DNA from: Armatimonadota bacterium
GTDB taxonomy: Bacteria; Armatimonadota; UBA5829; DTLH01
Direction of reading: 5' to 3'
Assembly: GCA_038207085.1 (NCBI GenBank)
Contig: JBBRAE010000016.1
Coordinates: 1-60,568 of the forward strand
Length of the DNA stretch: 60,568 bases
The notes under the pieces were generated by a model. That model was not told where the DNA came from and did no database searches. It saw only the letters and a list, made by a program, of their open reading frames with translations. Of the stretch, positions 48,678 to 58,420 are shown in pieces (position 1 is the first letter of the stretch; the number at the start of each line of letters is the position of its first letter). Both the position numbers and the translations under genes were made by a program.

Positions 48678-48860
48678 AGCAGTGTCTTTTCATCTCCACT
48701 ATCTGAAAGCAGGTTATCATGCAGAGCGCCCGGTGTCAACGGTACAAACACTATAATTCTGCGCATCAGCGGCGATATTATACCCAGCAGCCTTGTTAAT
48801 AGTCGTGCAGGACAAAAAGTATTTTTTGTACAAGTGGTAATAGCTCATTGAGTAAGTTCT

Positions 48861-48998
48861 GGGGGAGTTGTGATGAAGACTCTCGCAGCGCAAAGAGCAA
48901 CGCCGCTGCCGGCTTTCGCAGTATTACATACTGCTGTCGCCAAGGTCATCACCACAACGGGAATGTAAATGGCAAAAACCGCCATTTACAAAGGGAGG
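48861..48998 (+). repeat. Two-hairpin leader element, copy D (with an extra internal hairpin)
   Basis: GGGAGTTGTGATGAAGACTCTCGCAGCGCAAA..[GCAGTATTACATACTGC insert]..CACAACGGGAATGTAAATGGCAAAAACCGCCATTTACAAAGGGAGG. Confidence 0.88.
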
Positions 48999-49008
48999 AT
49001 ATATAATT

Positions 49009-49716
49009 ATGGCCCATGTCACGGTCCCAGAGGCCGATGCGATATTAGATCAGGAGTTTGGAGTTCTCGACCACGGTTTTGTGCGTCTGGTCGATTACCT
49101 CGGAGGCGACGACCGAATCGTTCAGTCCGCGCGCGTATCTTATGGGGCGGGCACAAAGACTGTCCGCGACGACGCTCGGCTCATCAGCTACCTGCTGAAG
49201 CACGGGCACACATCGCCCTTTGAGCAGGTGGTGCTCACTTTCCACGTCAAAATGCCGATCTTTGTCGCGAGGCAGTGGGTGCGGTATCGAACGGCGAGAA
49301 CCAACGAAATATCGGGCCGCTACAGTGTGCTCTCTGACGAGTTCTACATCCCCGAAGAGCTGCATCTTCAGGCGACCGACAACAAGCAGGGACGCTCTAG
49401 CGAGACTCTCCCCGAGGAAGCAACCCGCGAGCTTCTAACAGAGATGACCGATGGTCACCGCCGCCAGTATGAGCTTTACAACAAGCTGATAGAGTCCGGC
49501 GTCTCCCGAGAAGTCGCCCGCACGGTGCTGCCGCTATCGCTTTACACCGAGATGTACTGGCAGATAGACCTGCACAACCTCTTCAACTTCCTGAAGCAGC
49601 GACTCGACAGCCACGCGCAGTATGAGATCCGAGCCTACGCACAGGTGATGGCCGAGATCGTACAAAAAGTCGCCCCGATGGCGTGGGAGTCGTTTGAAGA
49701 GCACGTGCTGAAGTAA
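49009..49716 (+). CDS. thyX: FAD-dependent thymidylate synthase
   Basis: LDHGFVRLVD, ARVSY, HTSPFE, PIFVARQ, NEISGRY, REVAR..LP, HAQYEIR. Confidence 0.93.
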   Translation: MAHVTVPEADAILDQEFGVLDHGFVRLVDYLGGDDRIVQSARVSYGAGTKTVRDDARLISYLLKHGHTSPFEQVVLTFHVKMPIFVARQWVRYRTARTNEISGRYSVLSDEFYIPEELHLQATDNKQGRSSETLPEEATRELLTEMTDGHRRQYELYNKLIESGVSREVARTVLPLSLYTEMYWQIDLHNLFNFLKQRLDSHAQYEIRAYAQVMAEIVQKVAPMAWESFEEHVLK

Positions 49717-49735
49717 TTTTGCCTATGATCGTCCA

Positions 49736-50539
49736 CTATATCTCAACCCGCCCCATCGCTCTAATATCCTCCGATGTCACCGCGTGAAGCGCGTTGTAGA
49801 GTTCCACGTGGAATGTCCCCGGCCTCTGTCCCGACTCCTTGACTGCCAGCTGACCAGCAATCCCGAGCGTCACAAGCCCACTAACAGCAGCAGTGAACGG
49901 ATCTGAATCGACGGCGGCGAACGAGCCTATTATCACGTTTGATATGCAGCCGGTGCCGACGACTTTGCCGAGCATCGCGTCGCCGTTTGATATCTTTGCG
50001 GTGCGTACTCCGTCGCTTACTACGTCGACTGCGCCGGTGATCACGGCTATGCAGCCGTACTGGCGGGCGAAACGCTCTGCGATCTCCTCAACGGACGCTG
50101 AGGCCGATATCGATTCTACACCTCGGACTTCTGATGATATGCCGGTGAGCGTCGCGATCTCGCCTGCGTTGCCACGGACAATCGAGATTTTGACGTTCTC
50201 AAGGAGCCGCTTGCTTGACTCGGTACGGAGCCGGGTGGCCCCCGCGCCGACGGGGTCGAGGATCACCGGCACGCCGAGCTCGTTTGCGCGTCTGCCGGCA
50301 ATTTCCATCGCGTAGACCCAGTCCGTGCTGAGCGTGCCGATGTTCAGCACAAGCGCCCCGATGATGCCGACCATTTCCTCGACCTCTTCTTTTGCGTGCG
50401 ACATAATCGGCAGCGCGCCAAGGCAGAGAATGGCGTTCGCGGTCTCGTTCATTACGACCAGGTTGGTGATGCTGTGGACGAGCGGTTTCTTCGCCCGTAA
50501 CGCCTCAAGGCTTTCGGCGGTTTTGTTCAGTAGATCCAT
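49736..50539 (-). CDS. thiM: Hydroxyethylthiazole kinase
   Basis: PLVHSITN.V, NIGTL, LDPVGAGAT, RGNAGEI, VGTGC. Confidence 0.95.
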   Translation of the reverse strand: MDLLNKTAESLEALRAKKPLVHSITNLVVMNETANAILCLGALPIMSHAKEEVEEMVGIIGALVLNIGTLSTDWVYAMEIAGRRANELGVPVILDPVGAGATRLRTESSKRLLENVKISIVRGNAGEIATLTGISSEVRGVESISASASVEEIAERFARQYGCIAVITGAVDVVSDGVRTAKISNGDAMLGKVVGTGCISNVIIGSFAAVDSDPFTAAVSGLVTLGIAGQLAVKESGQRPGTFHVELYNALHAVTSEDIRAMGRVEI

Positions 50540-51941
50540 CGGTTCCTTCTTTCATAGGTGGGGGTTTCCATTCCAGCATAAGCGCCGACTCACACCCCGG
50601 CTCGATTTTGACTAGCTCCGAGACGACCAGCCCGGCGACCCAGACGATCTTCTCGTTATCGGCGATCACTGGCACGAGCCCTCGCTCGGTGCGGGAGACT
50701 TTCTTGTCGACAAATATATCCTGCAGCTTCTTGTGGCCCTGCATGCCTAGTGGGATGACTCGATCACCCTCGTTCCAGGTTCTAAGAACGAGCCTTCCAA
50801 CGACTTTGCTCGGGTCTATTATAGCCTGCTCGGGCGAGGTTGGTCGCACCTTCGGCGGGACGGGCCTAGCATCGATCACACCGTCAAGCTCTGGGATTTC
50901 AGTCGTTCCAGGCACGTTGATCGGGTAATGGATATCGAGAACTGCATATTTGGGCGCTCTAAAAACCCGTAGCTTTGTAGGTGTTATTCGCGCGTAGACC
51001 ATCCCCGACGGCAGAGTAAGCGTGATCGAATCGTGGGCATTGAGATGCTTGATGATTCGCTCGACCTGGTGGAACTCCACATCGCGCAGGTCACCCTTCA
51101 CCTGCTCGATTGCAGCTCGAATGACCCTGCGTTTGACGGCCAAACGGTCATCACGAAGACGGCTCGCATGGAACTCGACAGCACCCGTCCCATCCTCCCG
51201 AACAGAGCGCAGATACGCCTCGGCACCTGCCGTGCGAACAATCTCGTTTTCGCTTGCGACCAGCTTTGAGAGCGAGACAAGCGAATCCTTCACCCGCGGG
51301 TTGAACTCGCGCTCGATCAAAGGGATCAGCTCCAATCTAACCCTGTTGCGGCTGTACTCGGACTCAAGGTTTGAAGAATCGGTTCGCCACGACAAGCCAA
51401 CATCCAGAAGATACGACTCAACCTCAGCGCGAGAAAGCTCGATCAAGGGCCGGATGATCTTCCCTCGAACTGTAGGCATCCCGGCCAACCCTTCGGGGCC
51501 AGTGCCTCGGATGATATTTAGTAGCACCGTCTCGGCCTGATCGTCTGATGTGTGGGCGACGGCGATCCTTGCCGCGCCGACCTTCTCAGCCGTCCGCTCA
51601 AGAAACTCATAACGGGCGACGCGGGCCGCTTCTTCCATCCCAACGCCCATCTCCACACGAAGTTTTGGAACATCGGCCTTTTCGATGACGGAGTCTACCC
51701 CAAGCCGCAGGGCAAGCTCGCGAACAAACTCGGCGTCGGTCGCAGCTTCATCCCCGCGAATACCGTGATTGAGATGCGCCGCGACGAGCCCTACCCCAAG
51801 CTCACCGCGAAGCGACCAGAGCGCGTGAAGCAGCGCGACCGAATCGGCCCCACCCGATACGGCGACTATGACGATGTCCAAAGGGGTCGTCATCTCTCGA
51901 TCTCTGATTGTCCGTCCTACTGCGTTGAGAAATTGTTGCAT
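50505..51941 (-). CDS. tilS: tRNA(Ile)-lysidine synthetase
   Basis: AVSGGADS, HLNHGIRG, EEAAR..RY, AH..DDQAET, IIRPL, RNRVR, C-terminal KKLQDIF; start likely ATG 51941. Confidence 0.95.
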   Translation of the reverse strand: MQQFLNAVGRTIRDREMTTPLDIVIVAVSGGADSVALLHALWSLRGELGVGLVAAHLNHGIRGDEAATDAEFVRELALRLGVDSVIEKADVPKLRVEMGVGMEEAARVARYEFLERTAEKVGAARIAVAHTSDDQAETVLLNIIRGTGPEGLAGMPTVRGKIIRPLIELSRAEVESYLLDVGLSWRTDSSNLESEYSRNRVRLELIPLIEREFNPRVKDSLVSLSKLVASENEIVRTAGAEAYLRSVREDGTGAVEFHASRLRDDRLAVKRRVIRAAIEQVKGDLRDVEFHQVERIIKHLNAHDSITLTLPSGMVYARITPTKLRVFRAPKYAVLDIHYPINVPGTTEIPELDGVIDARPVPPKVRPTSPEQAIIDPSKVVGRLVLRTWNEGDRVIPLGMQGHKKLQDIFVDKKVSRTERGLVPVIADNEKIVWVAGLVVSELVKIEPGCESALMLEWKPPPMKEGTDGSTEQNRRKP

Positions 51942-52092
51942 GGTTTGATATAGTTTGGTTCTTGTTGGTCGGGGGAATCCGTCCCCCGACCCCGTTCCGC
52001 GGATTCTGTCCGCCAACATAATAACCGATTATGTCCAATAACATAAGATGGGGGACAGATTCCCCGGACGAACAGACGATCAGCATTACTCA

Positions 52093-53280
52093 CTAATCCC
52101 CGAGTAGCATATCCATCAGGCGATACCCTTCGTCGACGCGCAGTTTGGCGTCTTCGTCGGCTCGCTCGTCGAAAGGGATCTTGTTCCCCTTGTCGTGTCG
52201 GCTGTCGTAGAGCACGAACGGGACCGGGTTGGCGGTGTGGGCCTGGGTCGCGACCGGCGTTGGGTGATCGGGCAGCAGCAGGATTCTAAAATCGGGGTCG
52301 ACCTTCGACATGCCTTCGAGAATCGTGCCGAGAACCAGTTTGTCTTCGTTCTCGATCGCTTCGATCTTCGCTTCAAGCTTGCCCTCGTGCGACGCCTCGT
52401 CGGCTGCCTCGACGTGGACCCAGACAAAGTCGCTCTGCTGAAGCGCGCTGAGCGCATACTGGCCTTTCCCGAGGTAGTTTGTGTCGATATAGCCCGTCGC
52501 GCCGGGAACGTCTATGAGCTTCAAGCCAACCATCCGACCAATACCACGGATCAGGTCGACCGCCGCAACGACTGAGCCGGTCATCGCGCGCTCACTGAAA
52601 AACGACGGCATGTCCGGCTGCCTCCCCTGCCCCCAGAACCAGAGCATGTTCGCCGGTTCGTGGCCCTCATCGCGTCTGCGGCGGTTGATGGGGTGCTGGT
52701 CGAGTATCTCAAGCGAGTCATATATGAGCTGGCGGAGCTTGTTCTCGCCGTCGCCCTCTGGGAGATATTCACCAAAAGGCTTGCCGTGGATCTTGTATGG
52801 CGCCATCGTCTGAACGTCGTCCGAGCCGCCGCGCCAGACCATTATATGCCGATAACTCACCCCGGGGTAAAACTTAATGAACTGACTGCCGAGCTTTTGG
52901 TCGATCAGCGATATCAGCTCGCGCGCGTCCTGGGTCGAAACGTGCCCCGCGCTTGAGTCGACCATATTGGTCCCGTCTGTTGCGACAAGGTTCGCCCGAA
53001 ACGCCGCATCGCTCGTCTCAAGGGGAATCTGCAGGCTCGCAGCCTCAAGTGGGGCTCTGCCTTTGTAATACTTAACGGGGTCGTAGCCAAGAATCGACAT
53101 ATTGGTTGTGTCGCTTCCGGGGTACATTCCCTCAGGGACGGTGCGAACCATTCCAACAGTGCCACGGCGGGCGAGTTTGTCCATGTAGGGTCTGCGGGCG
53201 ACCTGCATGGGCGTTTTGCCGTCGAGATCGGACCGGGGCTCATCGGCCATCCCATCGAAGATGATCAAAATATATTTCAT
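52093..53280 (-). CDS. apgM: Cofactor-independent phosphoglycerate mutase (ApgM type)
   Basis: DGMADEP, PGSD, GRAPLEAA, GVSYRH, HVEAADEASH, PDHPTP..HT..PVPF. Confidence 0.9.
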   Translation of the reverse strand: MKYILIIFDGMADEPRSDLDGKTPMQVARRPYMDKLARRGTVGMVRTVPEGMYPGSDTTNMSILGYDPVKYYKGRAPLEAASLQIPLETSDAAFRANLVATDGTNMVDSSAGHVSTQDARELISLIDQKLGSQFIKFYPGVSYRHIMVWRGGSDDVQTMAPYKIHGKPFGEYLPEGDGENKLRQLIYDSLEILDQHPINRRRRDEGHEPANMLWFWGQGRQPDMPSFFSERAMTGSVVAAVDLIRGIGRMVGLKLIDVPGATGYIDTNYLGKGQYALSALQQSDFVWVHVEAADEASHEGKLEAKIEAIENEDKLVLGTILEGMSKVDPDFRILLLPDHPTPVATQAHTANPVPFVLYDSRHDKGNKIPFDERADEDAKLRVDEGYRLMDMLLGD

Positions 53281-53422
53281 GGAGATTCTCCTTCAAGCGA
53301 GCGTCGGTAGGCAGGCACTGAATTTGATGCCCACAAAGTAATACTTGGACACTGATGCGGAAAGTTACTCCATGAGATATAATAATGAGTCTGAATGCTA
53401 TGAAAAATCAAGGAGTTACACG

Positions 53423-53680
53423 ATGAGCAAGCGAATCGTCTGCGGAGTTCACATTGACAGCAGAGTAAAAGAAGTCCCCTGCGTCCAGGACGTCTTTACC
53501 AAATACGGATGCAACATCAAGACCAGAATCGGCCTCCACGAGGTTGCTGACAGCACCTGCTCCCCGAGCGGCCTGATTATCCTTGAAATGTTTGGCGACG
53601 AAAACGCCATCTCAGGGATGGAGCACGAGCTTTCGGCGCTTGGCGGCGTCACAGTCAAGCGGATGGAGTTCGGCGAATAA
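53423..53680 (+). CDS. Small ACT/NikR-C-like protein (TM1266-like)
   Basis: VQ..FTKYGC.IKTRIGLHE..GLIILE; ATG 53423 with AAGGAG. Confidence 0.65.
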   Translation: MSKRIVCGVHIDSRVKEVPCVQDVFTKYGCNIKTRIGLHEVADSTCSPSGLIILEMFGDENAISGMEHELSALGGVTVKRMEFGE

Positions 53681-53725
53681 TCGAGCGAGATTGGGGTCGG
53701 CGAATACTCAGCCGACCCCTTGGGA

Positions 53726-54583
53726 TCATCCCATAAACGCCGCCACATGGGCCTTGGCCCAGTCTTCGATCGAAGTCGGCGCGCGCCCGGTAATTCGAGC
53801 GACCCACGGGGTTGTGGGCAATTCGTAGCCTTCCCTCATGTATCCCATATACGCCGACATATCGCCGATGAGCCAGTCCGGGAAGCCCATCGACTTCATC
53901 CCCTCGCGAACGGCCTCATCGGGCACTTCCACGTAAGTAACCTCTCGCCCGAGCGCTTTAGACAGCGCCGACGCTATGTCATAGTAGGAGACAGGTTCCG
54001 GCCCGGTGATATCATACTCGCGGTTGAGGTGCCCCACATCCGTCAGCACCTTCATAGCGACTTCGGCTATATCAAGAACGGCGATAGAGCTCATCTTTCC
54101 CTTGCCTGCCGGTAGGTAGAACTTGTCTTCGGCTGCGATAGAGTCCGCGTGCAACAGCATGTTCTCGAAGAATGTCGGCGGACGAATGAAAGAGAACGGC
54201 AATCCGAGGCGCTCGATCATCTTCTCGGACTCCCAGTGCCACCTCCCAAGCCTCACCGGCGTAAACGGGCTCGCGCCAAGGACAGAAAGCTTCACCAGAT
54301 GTGAAACGCCCGCATTGGCCGCCGACTCAGCCACGTTGGTCTCGTTCGCGAGCTGGTCAGGGCCGCTGAGCGAGAGCAAAAACACATGGTCGGCGCCGTG
54401 CATTGCTCGGTCGATTGATGCGCGGTCGGTGAAATCTCCCTTCACTACCTCTACGTTTGCCCCCGCGATCGCCTGCGCCTTCTCCGGGCTCCTTGCCATC
54501 GCCCGCACTTCGTATCCCGCCGTGTCGAGCAGCTTCACAAGCTGGCTTCCGACTTTCCCAGTCGCGCCTGTTACAAGTATCAT
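53726..54583 (-). CDS. NmrA-like NAD(P)-binding SDR oxidoreductase
   Basis: ILVTGATGKVG, GDF.D, H..SE, RP..F.EN, DIAEVA, ITGPE. Confidence 0.88.
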   Translation of the reverse strand: MILVTGATGKVGSQLVKLLDTAGYEVRAMARSPEKAQAIAGANVEVVKGDFTDRASIDRAMHGADHVFLLSLSGPDQLANETNVAESAANAGVSHLVKLSVLGASPFTPVRLGRWHWESEKMIERLGLPFSFIRPPTFFENMLLHADSIAAEDKFYLPAGKGKMSSIAVLDIAEVAMKVLTDVGHLNREYDITGPEPVSYYDIASALSKALGREVTYVEVPDEAVREGMKSMGFPDWLIGDMSAYMGYMREGYELPTTPWVARITGRAPTSIEDWAKAHVAAFMG

Positions 54584-54733
54584 ATCAGGATCCTCCCTGT
54601 GTGGTTCTGTGTTGGTGATACCCCTCCGGCAGTCGAGCGAAGCGGCTCAACATAAGGCTATTGTCGAACTTTTCGCGTCAATGTAAGAGTGAAGCGGCGC
54701 TATCTGGGTAGAAACACACTCGGACGCAACGCC

Positions 54734-54889
54734 TAACCCGCATTATTCACGAGAAGCGTGAATGATGCTCTCTTAGCAAGAGCTTTATTCGCTTCACGAA
54801 TAAAGCGGGCCAACCCGCATTATTCACGAGAAGTGTGAATGATGCTCTCTTAGCAAGAGCTTTATTCGCTTCACGAATAAAGCGGGCTA
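54734..54889 (+). repeat. Tandem duplication of a 77-bp multi-hairpin repeat (family 2)
   Basis: AACCCGCATTATTCACGAGAAG(C/T)GTGAATGATGCTCTCTTAGCAAGAGCTTTATTCGCTTCACGAATAAAGCGGGC twice, one mismatch. Confidence 0.93.
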
Positions 54890-54908
54890 ACTGTTACCGG
54901 GGGACAAT

Positions 54909-55583
54909 GTGGAGGGTTTGATAGTCGTAGCTCACCCGGATGATGAAGTCATCTGGGCTGGTGGGCTTGTAATGAGACGCCGCGACTGGAACTGGCTCGT
55001 CTTCAGCCTCTGCCGTGGTGACGACCCGGAACGACGCCCGAGGTTCTTCCAGTCAGTCCAGGCGCTCGACGCTCGCGCCGTCATATCGGACCTCGACGAC
55101 TCGAGCCCCACCCTTGCGCCGATTTCGTCTGACCTCTCCGAGATCAAAAGCCGAATACGCGATCTCGTCCCACACTCGTTCGACGTGATCATCACCCACG
55201 GGCCACACGGCGAATACACCAACCATCCCCGTCATGAGCAGGTACACCGGGCTGTCTGGGATATGGTCGAGTCGGGCGAGCTGAAGGGAACTCTCCTGTG
55301 CTTCGCCTACGACGACTGCAGCGGCGACTGCGCTCCAAACCCCGCGACCGACGCCGACATCTATGTACGGCTGACCACCGATGAGTTTGCCCGCAAGAAA
55401 GAGATTGTGCGGGATATCTACGGGTTCGGCGTCGGCAGCTTTGAGCTCTCGGCGGCGGGCCCTCTGGAGTCGTTTTACTCGGTAGCAGGCGCACAATTTT
55501 TAGAGGATTTACAAGACCTGTCAGCAAATGACAATCAAGCAAGCGAAGGCGCACACAGCGTCGTCGTGGAGGATGACAATTGA
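54909..55583 (+). CDS. PIG-L/LmbE family N-deacetylase
   Basis: VVAHPDDEV and ITH..GEY..HPRH motifs. Confidence 0.85.
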   Translation: MEGLIVVAHPDDEVIWAGGLVMRRRDWNWLVFSLCRGDDPERRPRFFQSVQALDARAVISDLDDSSPTLAPISSDLSEIKSRIRDLVPHSFDVIITHGPHGEYTNHPRHEQVHRAVWDMVESGELKGTLLCFAYDDCSGDCAPNPATDADIYVRLTTDEFARKKEIVRDIYGFGVGSFELSAAGPLESFYSVAGAQFLEDLQDLSANDNQASEGAHSVVVEDDN

Positions 55584-56788
55584 AGATTCTGGCGCTCTAC
55601 GAATACCCACCGCCACCCGCGGGCCTCGCAACTCAGGGAGACCTGCTCTACCGCGGTTTTCGTGAGATAGAGGTCAACTGCATGCCCGCCCACTGGAGCG
55701 GCAACCTGATGAAGGAATGGATATATCGGTGGTACAAGCCCGATGTCGCGGTCGGCGTCGGCTACTGGGGGCAACTGCCGGAGCTTGTGATGCACCCTCG
55801 CAAGTATGGCATCACACCGGTGCCGTGGCTTGTCGCCGATGGCTGGGTCGCCAATTATCAGAAAGAGCTAAACTCGCTTCCCCTGATCCTCACCACCAGC
55901 GCCTGGGTGCGGGAGGCGTATATCCGAGACGGGGTCTCCCCTGAGCGAATGGTAGTACAGCCTATCGGCTGCGACACTGCATCGTTCAAGCCGCTTCCAA
56001 GGTCTCACCCCAAGGTTCAGGCTGTGCGAGAAGCGCTTGGGGTCGCCGACGACGAGAAGCTGATCCTCACCGTCGGCGGCGACGGAGCGAGCAAGGGCAG
56101 CCGCGAGATGATGATGGCGCTTGCGCGCATCGACAAAGAGTATCCAAAGTGGCGCTACGTCTGCAAGGTCTGGAGCCAGGCGCGGACCGAGAAACAGAAC
56201 AGGCTCGATATGAATCTCGCCGAAAAGCTCGGCATCAGGCACAAAGTAAGCTACGTCGACGGCGTCTGCCCCCGCGAGTTTATGCCCTATCTCTACAACG
56301 CCTGCGACATCTACGCCGGGCCGAGCCGCCAGGAGGGGTTCGGGATGCCCCACGTCGAGGCGCAGGCCTGCGGGAAACCCGTCCTTAGCGTCGACGCTAT
56401 GGGGATCAAAGAAACAGTCGTCCACGGCCAAACGGGCTACCTTGCAAGGGTTTCGCGCTGGATTTCGATCAATAAGGGCGTCGCGGGGCCGAGTGCGGGC
56501 TACCCTGAGACCCGGGTGTTTCGCTTCGACAAGCCCAAGGTGATCGCACTTCGGGCAAACGTGGCCGACGTATCGAGCTATGTGCTTGAACTTCTCTCCG
56601 ACGACGATCTCGCCCGAAATATGGGAACAGCCGCACGCGCGCACGTGATAAAGAACTTCGGCTACCGGGACGTCGCGCTTCGGGTCGCTGGGCTTATACG
56701 CGAACGGATACACGGAGAGACACCAGACGAAGAGGTAACAGACAAATGGCAAGAAACAGATCCGGAAACGGCAGAGATACTGACCTGA
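55580..56788 (+). CDS. Glycosyltransferase family 4
   Basis: ASKG, YNACDIYAGPSRQEGFGMPHVEAQACGKPV. Confidence 0.9.
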   Translation: MKILALYEYPPPPAGLATQGDLLYRGFREIEVNCMPAHWSGNLMKEWIYRWYKPDVAVGVGYWGQLPELVMHPRKYGITPVPWLVADGWVANYQKELNSLPLILTTSAWVREAYIRDGVSPERMVVQPIGCDTASFKPLPRSHPKVQAVREALGVADDEKLILTVGGDGASKGSREMMMALARIDKEYPKWRYVCKVWSQARTEKQNRLDMNLAEKLGIRHKVSYVDGVCPREFMPYLYNACDIYAGPSRQEGFGMPHVEAQACGKPVLSVDAMGIKETVVHGQTGYLARVSRWISINKGVAGPSAGYPETRVFRFDKPKVIALRANVADVSSYVLELLSDDDLARNMGTAARAHVIKNFGYRDVALRVAGLIRERIHGETPDEEVTDKWQETDPETAEILT

Positions 56789-57915
56789 TAACCCAGGAGG
56801 CGTTCGAGAGGGCGAAGCAGGTGCTCGACAAATGCTCGACACCGGCGGGGTTCTTCGCATCGCCGCAGGTGTATAACGCGGTCTACGCGCGGGATGCGCT
56901 GATCACATCGCTTGGGGCGCTAGTCTCGGGCGAGGAGCGGCTGATCAAGCAGTGGCATAAGAGCATGACGACGCTCGCGAACCATCAGTCGAACACGGGG
57001 CAGATTCCGAACTGCGTCGACATTTTTGTCCCGACTCGCCCGAGGCTGATCGCTTACGGCGCGGCGGATGCGTCGCTCTGGTTCGTGCTGACGCTTGCCT
57101 ATGCCGAGCAGCTTATCGGTCCGCGACAGGAGTTCCGTCAGGCGGCTGAGCGGGCGCTTGTTTGGCTCAAGTATCAGGACACCCACGAGGACGGCTTGAT
57201 CGAGCAGCAGGAGGCGACGGACTGGATGGACATCATCGCCAACCGCGGCCACGTGCTCTACTCGAACGTCCTCTACTTCGCCGCGCTCGGGCTCTTTGGC
57301 GACCAGAAGCAGGCAAGCCTCGTGCGTGAGGCAATCAACGGGTTTTTGTGGAGCGAGGAGCGGGGGTATTTCCTGCCCTGGGCCTGGAAACAGGACCACG
57401 GGGAGTGGTTCGACGCTCCCGGCAACTGTTTCGCGATCGCCTTCGGCCTCGCCGACCACGACCAGACGGCCTCGATCCTCGACTATATCGAGAAGAACGA
57501 GGTGGACCACCCGTTCCCGATCCGAACGATCCACCCGCCGATCCAGCCCACCGACCCCGACTGGCGCGAATACTACCGCACCGAGCACGAACTCAACTTG
57601 CCCGACCAGTATCACAACGGCGGCATCTGGCCCTGGGTCGGCGGCCTCTACGTCGCGGCTCTGGTTCGCGCACGACAGATGGACAAGGCTCGTGAGGCCC
57701 TCTCCCGCCTCGCCCGTGCCAACAAACAGGGCCGCCTCCACGAGTGGGAGTTCAACGAATGGCTCCACGGTATCTCCGGCGAGCCCCGAGGCTCAAGTGA
57801 CCAAGCCTGGTCCGCCGGAATGTACATCTACGCCTACACCTGCGTCCAAAACGGCTGCGAACCGGTGCTCTGCGACCTTGAGCCGCAGGAAGCGATAATC
57901 ACCGGCAGCGCATAA
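56746..57915 (+). CDS. (alpha/alpha)6-barrel glycoside hydrolase, GH100 invertase-like / amylo-alpha-1,6-glucosidase-like
   Basis: YNAVYARD, DASLWF, DWMD, YHNGGIWPW, EFNEW, QAWSAG. Confidence 0.75.
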   Translation: MARNRSGNGRDTDLITQEAFERAKQVLDKCSTPAGFFASPQVYNAVYARDALITSLGALVSGEERLIKQWHKSMTTLANHQSNTGQIPNCVDIFVPTRPRLIAYGAADASLWFVLTLAYAEQLIGPRQEFRQAAERALVWLKYQDTHEDGLIEQQEATDWMDIIANRGHVLYSNVLYFAALGLFGDQKQASLVREAINGFLWSEERGYFLPWAWKQDHGEWFDAPGNCFAIAFGLADHDQTASILDYIEKNEVDHPFPIRTIHPPIQPTDPDWREYYRTEHELNLPDQYHNGGIWPWVGGLYVAALVRARQMDKAREALSRLARANKQGRLHEWEFNEWLHGISGEPRGSSDQAWSAGMYIYAYTCVQNGCEPVLCDLEPQEAIITGSA

Positions 57916-57970
57916 ACGTCACGATCACCAATATCCCTGGGTAAACAGATATAGATAGAGGTGCTGAGAG

Positions 57971-58420
57971 ATGAAAAACGAGGAAGTAGTCGAGTTTTGA
58001 CGGGCCTACGAGTACCTCGTGATAAGCGATCACTCGGTTTCTATGGGTTTCATTCACGGGCTTTCTACCGACAGAGTGCGCGAGCAGCGTCGAATTATCC
58101 ATGAGCTGAACGGCAAGTGGGATGATTTTCGCCTGCTCCAGGGGATAGAAGTTAACATAAAAACCGACGGAACTCTCGATTATGATGACGATGTGCTCGC
58201 GGCCTTCGATGTCGTCACAGCGTCGATCCACAGCGGCCTCGCCCAACCAGCCGAGCAGATTACCGACCGGCTGCTTTCTGCCATTAGAAACCCGAACGTC
58301 GACATCATCGGCCACCCGACTGGCCGCCTGATCAACCGGCGCGCATGGGTCGAGAAAGACCGGGTGCTAAACGCTCTGGGCCTCAGCAAGCTTCTTCAGA
58401 GGTTAGGAGCTCGTGGGTAG
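57971..58420 (+). pseudogene. polX: Remnant of DNA polymerase X (PolX-PHP) with two internal deletions
   Basis: GAGGTG SD, MKNEEVVEF then in-frame TGA, then YEYLVISDHS..GIEVNI..DGTLDY..ASIHS..IIGHPTGRLINRR fused directly to AWVEKDRVLNA. Confidence 0.78.

Noticed and set aside
50505..50620. TPP riboswitch upstream of thiM
   Set aside because: thiM overlaps the tilS 3' end and no TPP aptamer core with a proper leader is visible.
53423..53680. Hydrogenase regulatory locus
   Set aside because: The small TM1266-like gene is isolated, with no hydrogenase or maturase genes nearby.
54734..54889. Possible CRISPR array
   Set aside because: Two contiguous 77-bp units with no unique spacers, and no cas genes in the window.
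57998..58000. In-frame TGA as selenocysteine or programmed read-through
   Set aside because: It lies at a deletion junction, not at a conserved Cys position, and I see no convincing SECIS hairpin.
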